From assembly GCA_963789265.1 (NCBI GenBank), contig CAWBKB010000004.1, positions 64,001-128,000 on the forward strand: a DNA stretch of 64,000 bases, read 5' to 3'. Position 1 is the first letter of the stretch, and every line of letters starts with the position of its first letter. This document shows, piece by piece, positions 41,979 to 53,404 of the stretch. Both the position numbers and the translations under genes were made by a program. Below the pieces are notes generated by a model that ran no database searches, was not told the DNA's origin, and saw only the letters and a list, made by a program, of their open reading frames with translations. This stretch comes from an uncultured delta proteobacterium (GTDB lineage: Bacteria; Desulfobacterota; Desulfomonilia; Desulfomonilales; Desulfomonilaceae).

Positions 41979-42118
41979 TACTGCTGTAGTTTTCCGTTTT
42001 ACAGCCTGTAAAAAATTACAACAGCCACCCATTTTAGACTTGAGCCGAAATTGCCTCGTCTACTAATTATACGTTTCAATTTCAAATAGTTATTCGGTCT
42101 GTGCCAAGGATTTCATCT

Positions 42119-42133
42119 TGGCACGGCAATTGC
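42119..42133 (+). promoter_or_regulatory. Sigma-54 -24/-12 promoter
   Basis: TGGCACGGCAATTGC consensus match with AT-rich upstream sequence. Confidence 0.75.
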
Positions 42134-42343
42134 TCAATTAATATATCGAGTTATTCGGTCACTTCAAAACAAGTGGGAAGTTGGCCCCGCCGGTCGTATT
42201 CAGGATACCATCACAAAGAGGTCTACAGAACCATGCGTGAGACCAGAAGCGACGCGACGGACGATAACCAGTCACAACAGAATACTTCTTGCTGGGTGTC
42301 ACGACGCGATAGGACTTTTTGCCCGGAATGCCAGGGGAGGTGA

Positions 42344-43782
42344 ATGTCGATGGCCTTAATGATCTGTTACGAATGTGATGGAAAAGTCTCCAGTCTGGCC
42401 AAAGCATGTCCCCACTGCGGGGCTCCCATGCAGAATAAATTGATACACGTCGTGGAGTCAGGTGACCTGAGCACGTTGCGGCAGCTCGTAGACAGGGAGG
42501 CTGATGTTAATGCCGGCGACAAAATTGGGGCGACAGCGCTTATGAAAGCTGCTGAATTGGGCCGGATAGACATGGTAGAGCTACTCCTGACTAGTGGTGC
42601 CGATTACAGACTCACAGATCAAGGAGGTGCCACAGCCCTGATGTGGGCCGTATCGACCGGAAATGCAGGGATCATGAGAAGACTGTTGGACGCAGGGGCC
42701 GAGGTCAATACCAAGGGCGAAGGAGGGAGCACCGCAGTAAATTGGGCTGCCTCACAGGGATACCCAGAGGTAGCTCGCCTTCTTATCCAATACGGGGTGG
42801 ATGTGAATTCCGAAAACGATCTCGGTCGAACGCCGTTGATGGAGGCTTGCTTGCGGGGCCATCTCGAGTTCGCGGAAGTCCTGCTGGAGCGCGGCGCTGA
42901 AGTCGATCGACAGGACGCGGCCGGTGAAAGTGCTTTGTTGAAGGCCTCGAGGGAAGGCCGAATCAAGATAGTGGAGGTCCTTTTGAGAAACGGGGCTGTT
43001 CCCGAGCCAAGGACGGTCCGATGGGCCGCGGCCAACGGCCACTCGGACGTGGTAACCCTCCTGCTGGATAATGGCGCTGATGTGAATGCCCGTAACGAAG
43101 CCGGTGTCACCGCGCTGATGCGTGCTGCTCTCATGAATCATGTTGAAGTTGTGAAGTTGCTCCTGACAAGGGGCGCCGACGTGGAGGACAAAGACAAAGA
43201 AGGTTGGCCGGCTCTCATTCTTGCTTGCCGTGAAGGGCACGAAGAGGTGGTCCGGGCGCTACTGGATGCAGGAGCTGACATAAGTGTCGTGGACGCCAAC
43301 GGATGGACACCACTGATATGGGCCGCGTCTCTGGGCCACGTGGAAGTGGTAGAGTTGCTGATGAGTCGCGGGGCCGACCCTGATACTCGCGACCCACATG
43401 GTGCCACGGCCCTGATGAAGGCAGCCCGCCGCGGCTACCCCGAAACTACCCAACTGCTGCTGAATAATGGAGCTGACGTCAACGCCGAGGACAAGGCGGG
43501 CTCCACGGCTTTGATGAGGGCCGCTAGAGGCGGTCATACCAAGGTGTTGAAACTGCTTTTGGGAAAAGGAGCCGACGTGGACAAAATCGACAACGAGGGG
43601 CAAAGCGCACTGATTTTAGCTGCCGGCGAGGGGCACAGAGAAGCGGTAAGGCTCCTCTTGGAAAAAGGCCCGAATTTGCGAAACGCGAGATACAGAACGG
43701 CTGGACGGCCGCAATGTGGGCCCGGTCTATACGAAACAAAGATATTCTCGCACTGCTGGAAAAGTATGCGCAGCGACAGTAA
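42344..43782 (+). CDS. Zinc-ribbon + ankyrin-repeat protein (frameshift near 43685)
   Basis: CYECDGKVSSLAKACPHCGAPM then about 13 ankyrin repeats; last repeat continues as NGWTAAMWA...EKYAQRQ-stop in another frame. Confidence 0.88.
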
Positions 43783-43933
43783 TTTCACCGGGCCGGGGAA
43801 AAGGCGGCGGACAGGCATGTGGAAAACGGCTGACCGCATGCACCTGCATCGATCGAGGAGTTTTTGGGCTTGGTTTACGTGAAAGCCTCTCGGTCGACAA
43901 AACGGCCTCGCAGACTGCATGGAGGTAATACCA

Positions 43934-44686
43934 ATGTCTCTGACCACGTGTTACGAATGCGCGGAAAAGGTTTCCAGTTTTGCCGAAGCCTGTCCCCATT
44001 GCGGGGCACCTATGGAAAACAAGATTATACACGCTGCACAGGTGGGCAACGTGGAGAATGTTCGGAACCTTTTGGCTGGCGGAGCTGATGTAAACGCGAA
44101 AGATCCCGACGGCTGGACCGCCTTGATTTCCGCCTGCCGTGAAGGCCACACCAAAGTGGTAAAGGAGCTGTTGGAAGCGGGCGCAGATGTTCGAGCGAAG
44201 GACGGTCACGGCTGGACACCGCTGATGTGGGCCTCCGCCTCAGGATATTACAGAATAGTAAACTTGCTCATAGAAAAAGGAGCAGAACTGGAGGCTAAGG
44301 ACCAATATGGCGCCACAGCATTGATGAAGGCTGCTCGCAGGGGATTCGAGGAAGTGGCGAAATTGCTCCTGGACAAAGGGGCCGACGTCAATGCCAAGGA
44401 CGATTATGGCTGGAATGCCTTGATGAGGGCTTGCCGACGAGGCTATTCAAAAGTGGCCAAATATCTCTTGGAATCGGGTGCGGACACCGAACCAAAGGAC
44501 CAATACGGGGCCACCGGCTTGATCATCGCTGCTGCCGAAGGCCATTTGGATGTAGTCAAGCAGCTCGTGAATGCCAATGCCAACGTGCATGCCAAAGACA
44601 GGAACGGCTGGACCGCTTTGATGTGGGCATCTTCCGAGGGATACAAAGAAGTGGTGGGATTTTTGAAGTCGCAAGGGGATGAATAA
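43934..44686 (+). CDS. Zinc-ribbon + ankyrin-repeat protein
   Basis: CYECAEKVSSFAEACPHCGAPM then about seven ankyrin repeats; GGAGG RBS. Confidence 0.92.
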   Translation: MSLTTCYECAEKVSSFAEACPHCGAPMENKIIHAAQVGNVENVRNLLAGGADVNAKDPDGWTALISACREGHTKVVKELLEAGADVRAKDGHGWTPLMWASASGYYRIVNLLIEKGAELEAKDQYGATALMKAARRGFEEVAKLLLDKGADVNAKDDYGWNALMRACRRGYSKVAKYLLESGADTEPKDQYGATGLIIAAAEGHLDVVKQLVNANANVHAKDRNGWTALMWASSEGYKEVVGFLKSQGDE

Positions 44687-44858
44687 GAGGGCATTGATGT
44701 TTCCCGCATACGGAACTTATGTGCGGTTGGCAGTGGTAAGAGGGGCGTCCCCGCCTCGAGACGTACTTGGCCGCCAATTTACTTGAAACATCGTCATTAC
44801 TATTGAGGCCCACTGGTACCGCGCTTGACGTTAATCGTCTCTAATCAGCAGAATGGAG

Positions 44859-45795
44859 TTATAGAAAATATCCCGTCACGTATTTCAAGCCTAGCACGCC
44901 GATGATGATTCCAAGTATGGGCCGAATGATCCAACCCGGCACGTGCTTCTGGACGGATGCTCCCAGGTACATTCCGATGAATCCGCCAACACCAAAGGGA
45001 ACGCCGAGCAGCCAGTCTGGAGAGACAGCCTCACCGGACGAAGCAAAATGAGGTCCGATAAGCGGATAGAACCAGAACCCCTCATATCGACGTTATGCAT
45101 GTCCCCATTAAAGTTGCCCCGGCAATTGTATGAATAGGAAGATGAAAGGAGGCCACTATAAAGGGTGCTATGATAGCACCCCCGCCGATCCCGTAAATCC
45201 CGCCCACCAGAGAAAGCATGAACAAGCCGGTCGTGTGAAAACTGAAGCATTCACCGAAGAATTCATATTCGGTACGCTTAAGGGACCAACTTATTGTGCG
45301 AATGGCAGGCTGACTCGAATCAAGAGCAGCTTCACATTCTTTCGTACGTCGTTGTCGCATTTTGGCCTCAGCAGCTACCTCGGCGGTTTGTAGGCCTCGC
45401 CGGGCCACCGCCTGGTAGAGCATTCGGCAGCCGATGAATAAGAGCACACTACCGGCAAAGAGTTAGAATGGCCCGGGATCAGGCAGAAAAACGATTCGTA
45501 TGATCATTCCCAGAAATAACCCGGGTAATGTTCCTATGATAATATTCCAGGCCAGCGGCCAGTTCATCCTCCCCTCACGAAAATGCCGCTAGACAGCACT
45601 GGGGATGCCGACCACATTGAAGACAAGGTTCGTCAGCGTCACAGCCGGGCTTGTGAAACCGAGAACACCCACTTGAAAGGGCAAGATCAGGAAGGCGCCT
45701 GATATTCCGGCGATAGAAGTGAGAAAGGAAATAACCAGGCCTACCATAGGCGGAACCCATACGACCGTTTCAACTCCCGAAACAGGGAAGGTCAT
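44859..45795 (-). pseudogene. TauE/SafE sulfite-exporter-family pseudogene
   Basis: FPVSGVE, GISGAFLILPFQ, GGIYGIGGGAIIAPF, PDWLLG...GMYLGA; in-frame TAG (45589), TAA (45463), TGA (45082) plus a frameshift. Confidence 0.85.
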
Positions 45796-46294
45796 CTCTG
45801 TTACCCTTTTAACAGATGACTACCGTGAACACCATTGAGAGTAGCCGCTGACACACCTCGGCAAAAATTCCCCCCTCTCTCGGCCGTCCATCCGGGCACG
45901 GGCACTCTTTATCATTCTTTACCTACAGTTAAGGAGACAGAGTTGAACACGCGGCGTCAACCGCAACGAATTTCACTATAGAAGTTGTCAGCGTGCGGTC
46001 AAGAGAATAGATCAAGTCCATGACATTTTAGTTTTTCGCTCAATTATGATTTGCGTTGGAAAAATCCATTCCGGCTCCGAAACGGACGCATCAGTACGCA
46101 ACAGGCCCCGAAGACTCTGCCGACGCCACACGCGTATCATTTCTTCCGAGAGCAAAACGACCTTATCGACAATTCCTATGAAGCCCCCTCATTACCCCCG
46201 GCAATCCCGCGTTCCGCGCGGGTCGGCTCTACGGACGTTTTCATGTTTCGTTGCTAGCTATGGGAGTTGGTATCAAGAACTCCTGCTTCGAGAC

Positions 46295-46600
46295 TTACCT
46301 TGATGCGGCCACCTCGATGTGTCTCCTTGACCGCTTTGAAGCGGATAGGTGGTGCCGTTTTGCTTGCTCCAGCCGCGCCTTTCTTTGCCATGCCAATATC
46401 ACTGCTCGCTGCCGTCGCGCTTGCTGTAAAAGCCTGTCATACCGGTCCCGGAGGAACAGTGCTTTACGTTGCGCACGCTCCCACTGCTGCTGCGTAGCCT
46501 GCGCCGACTTACCGGCGAGCGCTTGCCCAGGTAGGGTCATAATTCCAAGCAGCAGCATGAGAGCTGTGAACAACAATAGACTTAATAATGATGCTCTCAT
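46295..46600 (-). CDS. Hypothetical secreted basic helical protein
   Basis: Signal peptide (ALA) then Arg/Gln-rich helix. Confidence 0.5.
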   Translation of the reverse strand: MRASLLSLLLFTALMLLLGIMTLPGQALAGKSAQATQQQWERAQRKALFLRDRYDRLLQQARRQRAVILAWQRKARLEQAKRHHLSASKRSRRHIEVAASR

Positions 46601-46982
46601 TTTCTCGCGCCCCCATCCCCACAACAATTGCTTCTATTCGTGTAGATTCCTGTTGCGCAAAAAAGATTCGGCCGGAAAGGTTCGGGGGCCTTCTCGAGAA
46701 ATAAGCGATGTAGAATTTTGAAGAGTTACGGGAAATAATCCGAGCCTACCGGTCGGGGAGACCGGATACTGGTTACGGCTCTGAGAGGTGTGCCGTTAGA
46801 TAAAGTCCAAGCTCGCATACCGGATAACGAGATACGGCGGTTCGGACGCGCATGCTTCATGCCTCGAACCGCCGCTGCATTTCTTCCCTGTCCGCTGCAT
46901 TAACCGCTATGAGACGGGTTTGGGAGACCGTTCCAAAGCAAAGCACGGAGTAGCAATGTCCGCCCACGCGATGCCCGTGAAA

Positions 46983-47396
46983 TCATTGGCCGCCCGCGGC
47001 CTTAAGGTACGGGCAAGTAGGAGTGGAAGTGGGTGACGTCGTTGACCCAGTGGTTCCCGCGGCTGTTTGAGTGGTGGAGTTCGGAGTGGTCGAGGTCGTT
47101 GCAGTCGTTGTTGTAGCAGCCGCGTTCTGATTAGTGGAGGATGTCGGCATGACCGGTGTCGCGGTCGTGTCCTGATTTGTCCCGGAGGTTGTCGTGGTAG
47201 ATGTGGTAGCCGCGTTTGGATCTTTCCAGGTTTTCTTTGTTCCTTTGGCCTGGGTCATGACATCCCCGGTGATTCTCCCGTCATTGGGGCCGATGCTCAG
47301 TCTCATATTAGTCTGAATCGTCATATTGGTCTGGTCAGCCATGCTAGCGCCTACAGTAGCCACCAGGACCAGGCTAATCAACAGAATAGTTTTCAT
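46983..47396 (-). CDS. Hypothetical secreted Thr-rich low-complexity protein
   Basis: GGAG RBS, signal peptide, long T/S/A tract, C-terminal CPY. Confidence 0.65.
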   Translation of the reverse strand: MKTILLISLVLVATVGASMADQTNMTIQTNMRLSIGPNDGRITGDVMTQAKGTKKTWKDPNAATTSTTTTSGTNQDTTATPVMPTSSTNQNAAATTTTATTSTTPNSTTQTAAGTTGSTTSPTSTPTCPYLKAAGGQ

Positions 47397-47889
47397 CGCT
47401 TCAACTCCAGGAAAGGTTGGATAAGAATCTATCCTTATGTGGAAAACCTTATCATATATAACAACAAATTACAACCATTTATTAAAGTAATACATTAAAT
47501 ATGGTTATCCTAGCCCATGATTCGAGGGCATTTGTGTGATTATCCCCTGACAGATGAATGCCGCGGATTTCTTCAAGAAGTTTCAAATGGGTAAGAAAGC
47601 GAAGGCGGACAATCCCTACCGTCGTAACGTAGAAAAATCTCGGCGCCTTTTAACAAAGAACTACAAATCTCGTCAAATTATTAAGCAAACCGAGAACGGA
47701 GAGCCTCAAAAAAGGACTGGTACCATTGCGCGTTCAAAAGAATGATCAAGAACGTCTTGGCCGGCAGAGACGTCGGCCCTATCCTGCGGCATAGCGACGC
47801 GCCTCCGTGCCTGTCGTTTTGCCGGTATGAAAGCGCATTGGTCTGAGGTCTCTTCAAAGATGCCGGTGCGTCCAAGGAGGAAAATTCCC

Positions 47890-48132
47890 ATGGACATCAA
47901 TCTCATTTATATTCTTGCGGTCCTCTTGTTTGCGATCGCAGGGTTCATCACGTATGAGGTGCTGTTGGCCATCGTTTGGCGGTCCGCCGAAGGGAGAAAA
48001 AATTCCATCTTCGATAATATTCATGATCACAGTAATCTGCGATCGTACGGGGCATGTTACGATAACTGCATGATTGAGTCTCACTGGGATCCCGGTCATG
48101 TCCCACTGTGTACTGCAACCTGTAATATCTGA
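47890..48132 (+). CDS. Small membrane protein with a four-Cys C-terminus
   Basis: AAGGAGG RBS; one TM helix; CYDNC...CTATC. Confidence 0.6.
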   Translation: MDINLIYILAVLLFAIAGFITYEVLLAIVWRSAEGRKNSIFDNIHDHSNLRSYGACYDNCMIESHWDPGHVPLCTATCNI

Positions 48133-48208
48133 TTTGTTTAAGGGCACGCGCCGTGATTCTAAAGTTCATGGCGCCACCCTTGTTGAGTTACCTGGCCTCA
48201 ACTCCTCG

Positions 48209-50819
48209 CTACAAGGCGGTAGTGGCGTCGCGTGGCGCAACTTGGGAGCTTTTGTTTTGCACCCCTTCCATGAATTCGGCATCCGCAAGGTCGCCGTGTT
48301 TGTCGAAGAAGGCAGCCAAAGATTTCGCAATGTCCTCATCGCTTTTCAACTGGACGTCCAATTGTCGTGTAAAACCGATCAATGAGCCGAGAGCGCGGAG
48401 ACGCCGTTGAATGTCTTCCTTTGGAAGATGGAGGATTCGGCCCACAATGAGATCGCCCTTTACCGTAACTTTAAAGTGGTAGTGGGTCAAAATGTCGCCC
48501 AGGAGCTGAGCTCTACGGGAGCGCCGTGTGAAATCGGTTACTCCCCCCAGAAATCTGAAGTAGATGTGGTTTTGATTATCGTCGTCTTCCATCCTGGCGT
48601 CGATGAGATTGAGGTGGTATCCAAGGCGTAGGTGGAGGTTCATATAGATCTCATTGATCACGGCCAAGTTAACCCCCGCGAGAGTTGCCCCCGCGGCGTC
48701 CCAGGTTTCTTGTAAAGCTCGACATTAAAGCCCTGAAATCCACTGCAACCGGCTCCGTGTTCCATGTTCCCGGCCGGGACACCCCTTCCCACAGAGCTTT
48801 GAGAGGTAACGATCGAATCTGATTAGCTCTGACCGTGTTTCCCTCTGCCAGAGGATCGAGCCCTCCCCCGAGATCGAGAATTTTCAGTCCCATAGGGACT
48901 TCAGATATAAGGGTCCACACGTTGGTGCTTTTGAAGCGCTTGAGCACGGTGGGGAGATCCATCAGTTCCTGAACTGCCTTTTCATGTATGAACCTGATCA
49001 TATCGTGGACGGATTCGCACCCGTCTGGGGTGAAGTTGTGCAACTGGGGATCCATGAGGTGGAGGGGAGCGACCCGTTGGAGAATTCTCCGCAAAAGGCG
49101 GAATTCAGGGGCTTCCTCGAAAACCACCGGTTGGGCCAATTCGTATCGAATCAGTTCCTCGACGCGTCCTTTGTAGACGATTCGATGGCTCGTATCGAGC
49201 GTAATTTCCATGCCGTCAGTAATCATGTCTGCGGCACTATCTACGCCCAGCAGCGTCGGTACACGGAATTCTCTTGCGATGGTGGCAAGATGTCCTGCCG
49301 CGGAGCCTCGTTCAGAAATTATGGCGGAAGCCTTGGGCACTATCCGGGCCAACCAGGGCGCGGTATATCGTGTAACCAGCACAGCCCCATCGGGAAATTC
49401 GGCCATATCCTCATTGGACTGCACAATATGTGCTGATCCCGATCCGACGCCTCCATGGGCCACGACTCCCCTGCCCCGTATGAGTATGGGATAATTGGCG
49501 CAAGTTTCGAAAAACTCCTCCGGTATCCGATCCGTGGTATCCGGCAGTCCCAAGCGCCTGCTCTGAAACAATCTGGGGTCGCCCTTTGCGTCCAATGCCC
49601 ACTCAAGTTCCAGCGGACGCTTGAAATAACGTTCCAGAGCAAGTCCCCACTTTGCCAGAGTACGCACCGCAACGTCCGGAATCGTCGCCTGTGTCTGTTG
49701 GTTTGGGGTGAGCGCAGTCTCTTCTTCACCGCCATTCGTTGCCGACCTTAAGAGAAGCTTCTTCTTTGCGATTCTGGCCTCTTTAATCTTGTACGGCGGT
49801 TCCTTTTCCACAACCCACTGATCAAGAACGTCCCTTCCTTCCGCGGTTGTTCGCCCCAATCCGAACGATGCATAAATCGCCATGCAATTGGGCTCCGGAA
49901 AATCCGGACATACTGTCTGGAGCACTCCGCTGGCCTGGCTGTTGACCATTTCCTGGCAAAGGACGGCCATGGCCACCTCCTCGCCTATGGTCCCCATCTG
50001 GTGGCGGTAATTAATAGTCTCCGGAGAGTAGAGACTGGCGAGCACCATCTTGTACCTGTCGAGGATTTGTCCGGGGGGCACATTCAGAAAAGTCTCATGA
50101 AGCCCGGCAAAAGACAATTCTCCATCTTCCCCGTACGCGCTGCTGCGCACCGACCAATTGTGTTTGCCTTTGTCGGCACGACGCGTGATAGCCTTGGCCA
50201 AGTCCTGGGGAATTTCGCCATCGAAGATGCCTTTTCGAATTTGTTCGGAGGCTTTGTCCAGGTCATCCTGGCCCGAAGCCCAGGCTTCGAGCCAAGAATG
50301 AATTCTGTCCTCAAGATGGTTGTGCTCAAGGAATCGGTAATAAGCCCGGGTGGTGATAACGAATCCGTCGGGCACGGGAAGGTGAAGGCGATGGATTATT
50401 TCAGCCAGATTATTTGCCTTACCACCGGTCAGTTCCGGATTGTCCAAAGGAGCGTCGGCGAGCCGAATCACGTACGGTGTGTCCCACGATTTCAGCCGGC
50501 CCCTAAGCTCCGACTCAACAGGCAGAACTCGGTCCAGAGTCGAGTAAAGCTTCAAATAACGGTCGGATCCGATCAGATTCAAGCCTTTTATCATGCGAAG
50601 CAACACGTTCTGGAGTTCGCGCACTGAATCCTGGAGATATTTTCGGTCGAATATGAAGTCTCCTCCGGCTTTTTCACCCAGATCCGCCATGAGTTCCATG
50701 GCTTTCTGGTGGTCTTGGAGCAACATACTCTGAAATTGCTCGAAAATCTGTGCAAACGCAATCGGGCTGCGCTGGCGTGCAACTGCTCTTCGAAACGTCC
50801 TGGTAAAAAACGTGAACAT
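48209..50819 (-). CDS. PEP/pyruvate-binding-domain dikinase-like protein (frameshift near 48690)
   Basis: GGKANNL, VRSSA.GED...SFAG, SGV, LEWA, swivel domain GHLATIAREFRVP, C-terminal LRLGYH / FRFLGG. Confidence 0.85.
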
Positions 50820-51533
50820 GCGCGCTCCTGCCTTGATGAAATACCTGATCAGGCTCCACCACCGCGGCAACCTGCCATGCACTCCCCTTACTTTCCGAGC
50901 ACGACTCTGTTGCGAATCCAGTCCATTAAGGATAAGTACCGCCAAGAAAAGACACTGATGATCGTTGATGATGCCCTCATACAGAAAGAGACTCTACCGC
51001 GTCGTCCGTCAAAAGGGGAGAGGGCATAGATTGCTCTTCCATTGAAGACAAAGAAGAATATCCGGTAGTTCCAGGCAGGATCTTGCCGGGACCCCGAATC
51101 TGCCCCTCAATGAGGCAATTACCATGACAAGCGGACGACGTTTTCGTCAACCCCGGGTCAAGCGGTAGAACCGACCGCCGGACACTAAGTTCAACAACTC
51201 CTAAAATATTTTAGCAGATTTTTCCTCGGGAGCAACATTGATAAATTTCATCTTTTTCTGTAGTCGTCAGGCGGACCATTAGAGTTCATTGCACAGCGCG
51301 CCGAGCATGCAGAGAATTCTCCTCGCAGCCCCGGCCGAATGCCATTCGCGAGCAGATCCTCACAAACCGGAATTCGACGCTCCGGACTGAGAAGCAAACA
51401 AAAATAGAATTTTCCGCGTTCCCCGCGGTGAACTATTGAAAATGTTTCATTGAAGACTGACTCAAAGATATGTTATCCATCCTTAACATTTCGGAATTGT
51501 ACCGTTGCCGGAGAACCCGGTTGAGAGACCAAT

Positions 51534-51626
51534 GTCATTGCGAGGAGAGGAATGCCGCGTTCCGCGGGAGAGTTATCTGTATTTGCCGGATGAGAGACGG
51601 CCGCGCGGCGGCGCCCTCGCAATGAC
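51534..51626. repeat. Degenerate GTCATTGCGAG-type REP doublet
   Basis: gtcattgcgagg ... cctcgcaatgac 12-bp inverted repeat. Confidence 0.6.
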
Positions 51627-51819
51627 GTTCGAGCTTCTTTGTCAAGTGAGCAGTTCCGTAGCATTTTGCCATAGCCGCTCTGGCATGGCTTCCAAGATAC
51701 AAGAAACCGATCCATCTGGGATGACGAACGTTGCTGCTGCTTTAGGTGAACAGTTCTATGCAGCTCAGGTGAGGGATCATACCGTCTGACTAACACCGAC
51801 TGAAAACAAGGAGCTTGCC

Positions 51820-53014
51820 ATGGCTAAAAGCGCGGATGAACAACAGATCATGAAAGTTTTGATTGAGCTCGCTGAGGAAGAGAACAAGCTCACAGAGACC
51901 ATGATAGATATGATGGGAGAGACAAATGAAATGGCTGCAAGTCGGACGGCAAACGCCGAATTGCGAACCAACTTGTCCGGAGAGCGGACTCAGCTCGTGC
52001 GGGAACAAACAAAGTTCAGCGCAAAGAGCACCGAGCTTGCGGAGAAACGGACTGAATTTGCCACCAAGAGAACAGGATGGGCCGAAAAGCGCACCGAGCT
52101 TGCGGATTATCGAACGAATCTGGCACGCGATCGGTACTTCGCTGGCGAACAACCGTACCGAACTAGCCAACAAAAGGACATCCCTGGCAGAAGGTCGAAC
52201 CTCGCTCGCGCAGAAGCGTACCGAGCTTGCAGATTATCGAACAAACCTGGCTCGCGATCGTTCTTCCTTGGCGAATGACCGTACCGAACTTGCCGCAAAA
52301 AGGACATCGCTGGCAGAGGGTCGGACCTCCCTTGCGCAGAAGCGAACCGAGCTTGCCGATTATCGAACAAATTTAGCACGTGACCGTACTTCCTTCGCGA
52401 ATGGCCGTACCGAACTGGCCAACAAAAGAACATCGCTGGCAGAAGGTCGAACCTCCCTCGCGGAGAAGCGTACCGAGCTTGCCGACTTTCGAACAAACTT
52501 GTCTCGTGACCGTACTTCCCTGGCCAACGACCGTACCGAACTGGCCAACAAAAGGACATCGCTGGCAGAAGGTCGAACCTCCCTCGCGGAGAAGCGTTCC
52601 GAGCTTGCCGATCTTCGAACAAATCTGTCACGTGACCGTACTTCCCTGGCCAACGACCGTACCGAACTGGCATCGAAGCGAACAGACCTTTCCTCCAGAC
52701 GAACTTCTTTGGCTCAGGAAAGAAATGACCTGGCCAGTAACCGTACTGTTTTTTCCACTTACCGTTCCATTTTGGCCAAAGGCAGAACTGATCTGGCCCT
52801 TATACGCACGGGCTTTGCTTCAATCGCTCTGGGTATCGGCTTGATTCGTTTCTTCGGTTTTGGGCTATGGTCAACCCTCGATTTGGGCCTTGTGATAGTG
52901 GGCATCGGCGTGACGACATTCGCGGTCCAAAGCTACATTGTCACGAAGACTAAAGAGCGCAAGCTGAATCGGGCCATATCTGAAATCATCTCCGAGCTAC
53001 AGCTTCTTGCCTAA
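51820..53014 (+). CDS. DUF202/YidH-like membrane protein with about 42 RTxLAxx heptads (frameshift near 52133)
   Basis: AAGGAG RBS; removing one G joins the two ORFs into 397 aa; ends in RTDLALIRTGF + two TM helices. Confidence 0.8.
52090..52721 (+). repeat. Coding tandem repeat: five 126-bp units, each six 21-bp sub-units
   Basis: RTELADY-RTNLARD-RTSLAND-RTELANK-RTSLAEG-RTSLAQK recurs five times. Confidence 0.9.
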
Positions 53015-53115
53015 ACGAATAGTGAAATGTGCTTTCAAATTCGCGATTCGCGGACGTCGTGTACTTGTGCAGTGAGGTTAACTTCCGTACCGAGCGGTAA
53101 AGCAGGGAGGCCAGG

Positions 53116-53404
53116 GATCGGCGTTAAAATAGCGTTAATCAGTTGGTCATAGGCGGTTGTCCCGAAGGGACGTTTTGATAGTAGCCCGGTGCTTCAGCGC
53201 CGGGGAAAGAGTCAAAAGAGAACCCCTGCGTCCCATAGGGACGTCCGAATGTTATCCTAGAAATCGATCTTTCAAGCGTCCCTATGGGACGCACAACCGG
53301 TACATGATTGGTCGCTTACCCGGCAATGAATTGCCGGGCTATTATCTTGGCGTCCCTCTGGGGCTCATAAAGTTGCACCGAGATGTCTTATTTTAACGCC
53401 TATG
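53116..53404. mobile_element. MITE with IS4-like ends and 11-bp target duplication, carrying multi-hairpin REP cargo
   Basis: Ends gatcggcgttaaaata / tattttaacgcctatg; identical flanks gggaggccagg at 53105-53115 and 53405-53415. Confidence 0.8.

Noticed and set aside
41301..44686. Diversity-generating retroelement acting on the ankyrin paralogues
   Set aside because: No reverse transcriptase and no template/variable repeat pair with adenine-specific differences was seen.
45082..45591. Stop-codon readthrough (Sec/Pyl) in the TauE gene
   Set aside because: Three different stop types plus a frameshift and no SECIS-like context point to decay.
52107..52844. Repetitive antisense and alternate-frame ORFs over the heptad gene; CRISPR-like appearance
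   Set aside because: These are shadows of the coding repeat. Variation is concentrated at synonymous positions of the RTxLA frame, and there are no unique spacers or cas genes.
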